From IMG/VR virus record IMGVR_UViG_3300006919_000245, positions 1-31,498 of that record: DNA of 31,498 nt; one strand, 5' to 3'. Source of the DNA: a virus (lineage: Duplodnaviria; Caudoviricetes). Position numbers and translations under genes: made by a program. A model generated the notes under the pieces. It was not told the origin of the DNA, did no database searches, and saw nothing but the letters and a program-made list of their open reading frames with translations. Below, piece by piece: positions 27,801 to 31,498 of the stretch; within the stretch, counting starts at the first letter, position 1; the number at the start of each line of letters is the position of its first letter.

Positions 27801-29833
27801 TGTATGTAGGCACTCTTAAGATAGGTACTAAGAGAATGCACGGAGACCAAGCCTTGAGGGTGTACGCTTTGTATCAGAATGAAGTGCAGCGGAAGAAGCT
27901 AAACAGACAGGGTATAGGTGACAAGGAGATTCAGCAGATTGAGGATGCGCTCGGTAGTAAGGTTATAAAATTTGCTGATGGTGTCGTGAACTACCTGTCT
28001 ACGACCTATTACAACCAAGTAAATGATGTTCATATAGACGTAAATGATGTCGGAGTTCCATTCGTAGAGAACTACTTTCCTACGAAGACATTGATTCAGA
28101 ATCAAGAAATGGCACGCGACCTCTTGGGTAACGATGGTTCCGACTTTATGAAATCCTTTGACGCTCAAACTCAGTCTGCTCTGAAGCAGAGGATAGATAC
28201 CGAGGGGGAAGTTGAGCTATATAGCACAGGGTTTACATCCGCACTCGAATACCACTACACTAGCATGAATAAGTTTAGGGCTTATGCTATGGGTGTGAAG
28301 GAGATAAACGCCCTTCTTTCATCACCTGCGGTAAAGACCCTGTTGGATTTGACACGGCTGACTAACCCTGTGAGAGCTGCTATCAACCATGAGATAAACC
28401 CTGAGAGGACGATGGTAATAACTCAGGGCAGTCCTGTTGTAAACTTTCTTATGTCTAGGTTCGTCAGTCTGATGCTGAACTTTAAGATTTGGCAGATACC
28501 AAAGCAGTTCAGCTCATTCATAGCGGCTTTCAGAGATTATGACTATACGGGAAAAGACTCTTCACTACCCAATGTATTAAGGAGGAGAGTAGACTTTCCA
28601 ATGTTCATCCTTGAGAATTTGGTGACAATGGCTTTGCTTCCGTTAGAACTCGTAAAGAACGGCCCTATATCTAAGATGAGGGAGAAGTCTGCTACGTTTG
28701 ACGAGCGTGTAAGAGAGTCTCTGAGTGGGGATGTGTACAATCTAGTGGGTAACAATCTAAAGGTTTCTGAGCCCGATGCTCTTAAAAGATTGACCTATAA
28801 TCAGAGGCGGGCGTTGAGTATACTTTCGGGTGAGCCGATAAGGAAGATTGGTAATGCAATGGGTACGGGATTGGGTGACATACTCGGTATCATTGGTTAC
28901 ATAACAAACTACAAGAGGAACATCAAGAATGGTATGTCAGAAGAGGAGGCTCTGAAGGTGTTTAACGACTACAACACTACTCAGCAGTCTAGAAGAACCA
29001 CAGATAAAGCAGCGGTTCAGAACAATCCCGCTCTTGCTAACAAGTTCTTTACTCTGTTTGCTAGTATGCCGCTCCTTATGATTAACAATGTCATGTCTGC
29101 GGCCCTCAATATCAGTCGAGATGTGGTCAGAACAAAGCCGCGTATGCCAAGGACTGAGGACTTGAGGGCACTTGCTCTAAACTTGGGATTAATTAATGTC
29201 GCGTTCGTAGCTACGGCTAACTTTTTCAAGTTCACTAAAGGTGACGACGAGGATAGGGATGAGGTATATCAAGACCTCATAAATGCTGCGATGGGTGTCA
29301 ACCTCTTGTTGGAGATACCTATATTTTCGGGCATATTCCAAGACTTAGATGCGGCAGGACGAATTATGGCTGCGCTTAAAGGGGAGGATTACAAGAGGAA
29401 GTTTCAGATTAGGTCAGGTACAGCCGTTGACCCATTGAGGCAAATCTATTATAGGATAAATAGAGAAATGAAAGAGGGTAAGGGAGCGATGGAGTCCACA
29501 CTAAAGACTAGTCTTGAACTTGGCCTTGGCGCATCATCAGACCCCGCAGTAGGGATAGGTAACTTGATAAGGGGTAGAGGTTTCACTAAGCAAGATGGTA
29601 TTGAATCTGTGAAAGATTTTTATGACCTGATGGGTGTCAGTAAATCATACAGACCATCCTACCTATACGATGAGGAGAAGAAGAGTAAAGAGAAGTCTTA
29701 CAACTACAAGTTTGAGTTTGAGAAGGAGATGGATAGGGAGATTAAGATTCTCAAGAAGGAGATGGGGATGGACTTGGGAGATGATATTATGACCGAGCAA
29801 GATTTGATGGACGAAATTTTTGAGGGAATGTAA
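18818..29833 (+). CDS. giant multidomain (polyvalent-type) ejection protein with zincin-like metallopeptidase
   Basis: Uninterrupted 3671-aa ORF. Gly-zipper hydrophobic segment (~aa 680-715), acidic and basic low-complexity linkers, coiled coils, TPVHEFGHVW (H2348) with downstream EEALA, and a hydrophobic helical C-terminus. Confidence 0.75.
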   Translation: MYDDLFELMVEGAFANKAEFDDFVSEASQEEIYSLIKEGAFKDFEEFKSLYSAPAPQEAAPQEAAPEVKKKDIMEPSLEDGSLVSPESEPSAELPEVPVLPEDFDLAEEVKKSQEIQPKETRESGYINPMETLGMYPEEGAVQKALEQSAQDALLTQANIEAEAPALEGVLKEEARKEEYLENVRKEASIVNTLEGHVKNSFELKNPYEIERNLKERYSRYGYYFKRAYDDKLTIISPDGRKKIQVDLKAPTEEQISLVENFINSHYKYDRLKDIIKEGSNLTSKYADAAKVKTSREVGRRNKDGSVSTVLMASGEVDGEYVAFPTLFPKDPENYGAAPEYWQELPFDEALDLAKERGEVYYFDTDEEAKEFAEGSWKDVTDADFEGHAFYAKKGLDYMRDKRIVDTYTKARDIVLLIEDDEVPFRQNELTPEDQEKYAELYINGKRREDLQDVKNKYASTVETLQREYLDDKYQDVREDFDVYMQKRYESEIQKAIQVNEIAKSQLSSVANKSLELFGVADPRKIQSDNDEAELLLLEFEGAKMTAEAAADQYEKAKLFFDNKHDKSAKKRYSDNWEAFTDEVSQSYSQGKVGEVVLMYSMMPEFISGYNSDDPASTRKVAEEFVKHMSKESETKSRVMSRWQRARGFDEALDVVLDDPAEWMATLAGTSLSQMAPYGVKIVPAFALGGTAVGAAVGAAAGGVGAIPGAALGFSRGMRLGFAATNFTLEYTNAVTDAMRELGYDVLNPEDVAKALEDKDVWDKGRKKGLARGIPIAVVDYMSAGLAGRVFRVSPVATRGNKIARQTAERFVFDPAAEAFGELTAQISAGQEVDWKEIAAEAGGGPASNTASMAVNMAIDARFNNDVELASRLTDFQYMANVGASSQRIADWTNNMLKLGKIDEETAKRINDNVGVLREAQQLLGVGRRGGKYRGRNKGTLEGRLSLLLAARADFQATTNSREVYADRIRAINDEIKYIVDNKSMLPEDQQVLLLGYEGQGTQSALPTYTIRRGFRDVKVTREEFLRRLREIDSKEKFSKFNGTVENDEEIAAEMMKKAEQFQEEEEVDLEGMPEKVEEETDETVVEQSQSLEELLIERGILDEEVDETDEGKTEEEIKAERIARDRQQPERKPRPKPTEEPTAEKKVFALEIIGEKMVNDKGVLGTIKEENGGIIWESEDGTEVIDGGGRENASTVTIDDMRLSFPPDVTPEAPVELTPETKQEFVPAEQKTQEELEVMSELEVEEARRKVDEDVQEFEDAILDEIERESANERILFKFKGSEFAVSQKPDGTFVVSKKNTNGKYVSVSNKKQRADVIAEFEDIKEDRDNERLRLAEELVLDYKQELLEPFGEKVERPKVQAPPKKKRRKSRKKGESVTPKQEAAPVVEEAQVPPKKKSTAKKKSETKVETTTKLSVKELQQQKDAETVAAARKKYNVPDGIEPTITERKGSAFNENDLFDEYEYELEDGSVRRITFKKNKNGTLSKKGDTSFTFSSRSVKQKKIEDKLIPIFREAFEKLGARKFINIYSKTIDPFYHIGRKEKGTWLFTIEKNATIPPFTFAFETSNLILAKDDGKSKLDEFIKQVGLEGSQSVAEYNEFLKTVPINEQGLIEKEAAPVAEEAAPVVEEVAEEAAPVAEEVAEEVAEEVAEPKRGVLQDAEFENILRRSQLNPDLLQKELDEFAEYERQIEELQDSPAELKKVKAKEAKRKNAIKKARRGKIAEIEKEQEQIRKAEETKRKAEERKETKRELNTAEKLRSEIATLTKIRDKSKEGTDEYNRVQSAIDEKTKALNNLLGVTPERKKKSEATIQPKTRQQKKAASDSKKKQNKISKIVAKARKAESDLTELSKQLIEAQEKKQKIFDSDKFNPRGLKAADKKIASLRAKIEKLNQSKKQLAQELSTIQGIQFQLNTKPSEINVQLKEQLLESAMRVMDEIGFEETGITLTRPFESYPINVTENVRLVKRAGRMPLIELVGSRVNLLMADRLKVDENRMGGPLFAFQDGIFGYNIAWASIDEGAARRIARGAANSDYSVVYNMSSTGIDSNMVLFDLLFEKIEATRRPRKIFRMMMERMQTLRFDEKASETVLTEKIHAIAKKSKDVKTFLAEVEKLGADARSSIFKKVTPTSDVNSRDAFLKILQEENINADTLRAELSEQLADDLPMGSLITVLKITDKQGNPVTNETIDEALVFRDEQKKMGVKEHRNYPVYLRGYPVAILSDTAPFWNMSEASLNDINNQLSLISKEDLSFSEITRRLERSAQFGANKVFEVQSPTDIQYASFVEKLSSAFPTLEVAATKQEFERLLKDPEVKKLTTKSQKIYGAVYQGKLYLNPSLANYNTPVHEFGHVWMNAAKELRPDLYKKGIELVKKSQYIEQVTNSADYSQLIARMKRQGMPQAEIDAYIAEEALATAIGDKGESFVNAAQKRNFKSWLNDLFKFIKKLTGISKFTEEQVQNLTFDEFLQGVVVDLMSENELFEGAESAKLASTLQLMSAPSNQTMINIIETARASGKHSDATIKEFLKAKGYKVDEIDAALADKARYFELMPESFRKIVGGYNAASKLFNETRLALAEFKKKTQATNSEVRAKAKELLESHSVFNEQTEQVQKEILLGFDNMLGIKANKNVAQEIANIRNNLKQRKIAVKNLKAEQKAMRDFIRRNLILSKNYSSADVVKLLNALSDATTPEKFGAVALKALNIIERQKVVKKKDLISEIKKLVTRKTIKNPPDNNQRVRPRGLDAQGESFFTQAQRIVDAYMNIDKFPRKIQEIENELASQEGLISELLGKEERGERRTSEEQSLLDLAYAYDILGGMDSMTADEVSDVLDALKGEKKKSAIRLKESRLARKAKYDAVIGEANRQLMDSNPLLFNEDGKPRNTNEIQEKKDEIAETFLKRGFLNAIKTLKNSYDVSSRASIFKSLSTSLKSLKTFMNRLDRVTEGKNVFTKNVYDKINMMIEVRNDYNRKTLSDLDSIARDAGFKNYVALKKALYVGTLKIGTKRMHGDQALRVYALYQNEVQRKKLNRQGIGDKEIQQIEDALGSKVIKFADGVVNYLSTTYYNQVNDVHIDVNDVGVPFVENYFPTKTLIQNQEMARDLLGNDGSDFMKSFDAQTQSALKQRIDTEGEVELYSTGFTSALEYHYTSMNKFRAYAMGVKEINALLSSPAVKTLLDLTRLTNPVRAAINHEINPERTMVITQGSPVVNFLMSRFVSLMLNFKIWQIPKQFSSFIAAFRDYDYTGKDSSLPNVLRRRVDFPMFILENLVTMALLPLELVKNGPISKMREKSATFDERVRESLSGDVYNLVGNNLKVSEPDALKRLTYNQRRALSILSGEPIRKIGNAMGTGLGDILGIIGYITNYKRNIKNGMSEEEALKVFNDYNTTQQSRRTTDKAAVQNNPALANKFFTLFASMPLLMINNVMSAALNISRDVVRTKPRMPRTEDLRALALNLGLINVAFVATANFFKFTKGDDEDRDEVYQDLINAAMGVNLLLEIPIFSGIFQDLDAAGRIMAALKGEDYKRKFQIRSGTAVDPLRQIYYRINREMKEGKGAMESTLKTSLELGLGASSDPAVGIGNLIRGRGFTKQDGIESVKDFYDLMGVSKSYRPSYLYDEEKKSKEKSYNYKFEFEKEMDREIKILKKEMGMDLGDDIMTEQDLMDEIFEGM
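18980..19018 (+). repeat. 15-nt imperfect tandem repeat (APQEA)
   Basis: gcacctcaagaagct gcgcctcaagaagcc gcacctgaa. Confidence 0.8.
19021..19071 (+). promoter_or_regulatory. candidate recoding signal: A10 slippery run plus stem-loop
   Basis: In-frame GTA AAA AAA AAA GAT, followed by hairpin GAGCCATCTT-TGG-AAGATGGTTC (19040-19062), extendable to 19031-19071. Confidence 0.5.
23664..23777 (+). repeat. coding tandem repeats EAAPV(A/V)E / EEVA
   Basis: EAAPVAEEAAPVVEEVAEEAAPVAEEVAEEVAEEVAEP, including 12-nt units gaagaggtggca. The 16-nt aagaagctgctcctgt is also found at 22965-22980. Confidence 0.85.
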
Positions 29834-29855
29834 TAGGGGTAAGTGATTACCCCTA
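29834..29855. terminator. hairpin at the convergent gene junction, possible terminator
   Basis: Perfect 9-bp stem TAGGGGTAA-GTGA-TTACCCCTA between two convergent stop codons. No canonical U-tract. Confidence 0.55.
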
Positions 29856-30263
29856 AAATCTCAGGTACTTGAACTCGTCTTGCTTGTCGAAGTAGAGCAT
29901 GAACTCATTGTCGTTGACGGATTGAGGACGGGGACTCCGTCCTCCCCACCGTGCTGAACCGTAGATACGGTGCGCCTTACCGTAGATTATCCCGTCAAAG
30001 CAAGCCCAAATGATGACGGGGTTGAGCCGCTTGTCGCATAGCTTGACCATCTTGCGGGCAGCAATCGGCAGAGGATATGCATCGTGAAGTGTTTTGTTTC
30101 TGCCCTTGACCTCGGCATAGCTTATCAGTTCCCCCGAAGAGTTGAACACCTTGAAGTCAATGTCGTTCGGGCCAAGCTTTTGGTATGAGCCGTTGAAGAT
30201 TGAGACGAATCTTTTTATAGCCGCCTCTTCTCGAGAGATATCTTTTTCGGACTCAAACCTCAC
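29853..30263 (-). CDS. PD-(D/E)XK-family nuclease-like protein
   Basis: 136 aa with E..A...DIDF...YAEVKGR catalytic-type spacing. Confidence 0.6.
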   Translation of the reverse strand: MRFESEKDISREEAAIKRFVSIFNGSYQKLGPNDIDFKVFNSSGELISYAEVKGRNKTLHDAYPLPIAARKMVKLCDKRLNPVIIWACFDGIIYGKAHRIYGSARWGGRSPRPQSVNDNEFMLYFDKQDEFKYLRF

Positions 30264-30868
30264 AGGTCGTTCTTGTTCAGCATCCTGTTGAGTCTGTTGT
30301 ACAACTCATCTTCCTTACCCACGGGGCATCTGTACTTAAGCATATCGTAGATGTCGTAGATTCTATCATCCTCACGCTTGAGCTTACGCAGCTCTTCTTC
30401 AAGCTCCGCTATTCTCTCCTTTGAAATATTTATGGATTGCTTGAGGACTTTGTTCTCCTCTCGCATGGTGTAGTATTCCTGTGGTCTCTTGACCACCTCA
30501 AGCTTCTGCTCGGGTGCTTGCTCAACCACGGCATCAAACCTCTCGCCACAAGAAGAAAGCTTGTGCCTAAAGTGTTTGTTGGTGCGGATTATGAAGTCAA
30601 TGTCCCGAAGGTAGTGGAGTATGGTCGCGTGGTCTTTACTTATGTAGCCTCCTATCGCTGCCAATGAAAGGTTGGACTCTCTGAGTATGAAGGAGAATGC
30701 TTTTCTCGCTACGACAACAGGTCTCTTCCTGCTCTTTATAGTTATGTCAACCTCGAACTCATCGTTCACTATCGCTATCAGTGCTTGAACTTGGGAGTGT
30801 CCTATTATTTTTGTCCCGACTGCGCTTGTTCTCATCGCGCTCATCATTGGATTGTTTAGGTGGTTCAT
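30260..30868 (-). CDS. DnaA C-terminal (domain IV) HTH-containing protein with coiled coil
   Basis: KSRKRPVVVARKAFSFILRESNLSLAAIGGYISKDHATILH matches the DnaA domain IV signature (SR.R....AR...MYL.R.....SL..IG..F.RDHTTV.H). No AAA+ domain. Start uncertain. Confidence 0.75.
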   Translation of the reverse strand: MNHLNNPMMSAMRTSAVGTKIIGHSQVQALIAIVNDEFEVDITIKSRKRPVVVARKAFSFILRESNLSLAAIGGYISKDHATILHYLRDIDFIIRTNKHFRHKLSSCGERFDAVVEQAPEQKLEVVKRPQEYYTMREENKVLKQSINISKERIAELEEELRKLKREDDRIYDIYDMLKYRCPVGKEDELYNRLNRMLNKNDL

Positions 30869-31223
30869 TGTTCCTTAAATGTTTTCCTTCTTGTATTGCA
30901 TCCAAATACTCGTCTAGTTCCACAGGCTGAAAGTAAACGAAGCGGATTACATCATCTTCCTCATCAAACTCATACTCCAAGAGGTAGAAAAATGGAGGGT
31001 CTTCATTTTTTATTACTGAGTACATGGAGTCGTACTCACCCTTAGATAAATTTTTCTTAGCGTGTTCGTAAATTTCTTTCAGATTCATAATAATCTGAAG
31101 GACTATCTCGTCCACAAGTTCGTCCTCAAGCTGATGCTGCATGGTGATAGCCAAGAAGTCATCGCCCAAGACGAAAGCCTCGTCGCCTCCGTTCTTACTT
31201 TTTATAAGTAGTTCTTCACCCAT
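30759..31223 (-). CDS. hypothetical acidic protein
   Basis: Within ORF 30759-31304. ATG at 31223 (MGEELLIK) overlaps the VRR-NUC stop by 8 nt and is the more likely start. Confidence 0.55.
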   Translation of the reverse strand: MGEELLIKSKNGGDEAFVLGDDFLAITMQHQLEDELVDEIVLQIIMNLKEIYEHAKKNLSKGEYDSMYSVIKNEDPPFFYLLEYEFDEEDDVIRFVYFQPVELDEYLDAIQEGKHLRNNEPPKQSNDERDENKRSRDKNNRTLPSSSTDSDSER

Positions 31224-31461
31224 CTCCACGATATACGTCAGCATCGAAACCCAACCGACGAAGTTCGTCAAGTCTATATTCTTGGAGCTTGGAGACTTTT
31301 CCATCGGGCTTCTTTACCTCTATAAACAAAGGTACGGCTCCTTGCTTGAGGGCTAATAAATCAGGTATGCCGTTCTTGTTCGTGACAATCAGCTTGATTA
31401 CATAGTAGCCATCAGCCTCAAGCTGCTTTATCCTCTTTGTCTGTATCTGCTGCTCTGTCAT
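31216..31461 (-). CDS. VRR-NUC domain nuclease
   Basis: MTEQQIQ...NGIPDLLAL...FIEVKKPDGKVSKLQEYR...LGF is the classic stand-alone phage VRR-NUC pattern (E, GxPD, ExK, Q). Confidence 0.88.
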   Translation of the reverse strand: MTEQQIQTKRIKQLEADGYYVIKLIVTNKNGIPDLLALKQGAVPLFIEVKKPDGKVSKLQEYRLDELRRLGFDADVYRGDG

Positions 31462-31471
31462 CGTCCGCTAA

Positions 31472-31479
31472 CAAAAGTA
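31472..31479 (-). promoter_or_regulatory. Bacteroidota-type -7 promoter element TACTTTTG
   Basis: CAAAAGTA on + reads TACTTTTG on -, 10 nt upstream of the VRR-NUC ATG. Confidence 0.55.
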
Positions 31480-31498
31480 GCAAAACGAGAGCGGCACA

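Noticed and set aside
1049-29235. Numerous 60-150 aa antisense and off-frame ORFs in the track
   Set aside because: All are nested within long + strand genes and have the Ser/Leu/Phe-rich composition of shadow ORFs. No motifs or expression signals.
29240-29265. DxDxD (DEDRD) as an RNA polymerase catalytic motif
   Set aside because: It sits in an acidic loop between hydrophobic helices and lacks the DFDGD/DFDID context.
211-29833. Stop-codon reassignment as in some crAss-like phages
   Set aside because: Genes are full length under the standard bacterial code and end in TAA, TGA and TAG, with near-complete coding density.
1-31498. tRNA, rRNA, integrase, transposase, intron or intein
   Set aside because: Intergenic gaps are too short for RNA genes and no such motifs were recognised by eye.

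Overview
This window is part of a tailed dsDNA phage genome, most likely podovirus-type and infecting Bacteroidota (Flavobacteria-like). The host inference rests on TAnnTTTG promoter elements, A-rich translation starts without Shine-Dalgarno motifs, and a crAss-like/Cellulophaga-podovirus-like gene order. The + strand (1-29833) carries the packaging and virion module: partial GroES-like gene, terminase small and large subunits, portal, scaffold, major capsid protein, a conserved unknown, two ring/adaptor proteins, a split tail nozzle/stabilization protein, and three putative ejection proteins (260, 646 and 3671 aa). The giant protein has a glycine-zipper segment, low-complexity repeats and an HExxH metallopeptidase. 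Four convergent - strand genes follow: a PD-(D/E)XK nuclease, a DnaA domain IV-like protein, an unknown and a VRR-NUC nuclease. The most striking unexplained signal is an A10 slippery run directly followed by a long stem-loop at codons 68-71 of the giant gene, a candidate programmed frameshift or slippage switch between an ~88-aa and a 3671-aa product. Also notable are terminator-promoter junctions and apparently leaderless late promoters. All protein calls come from motif recognition and synteny by eye; no database search was run.
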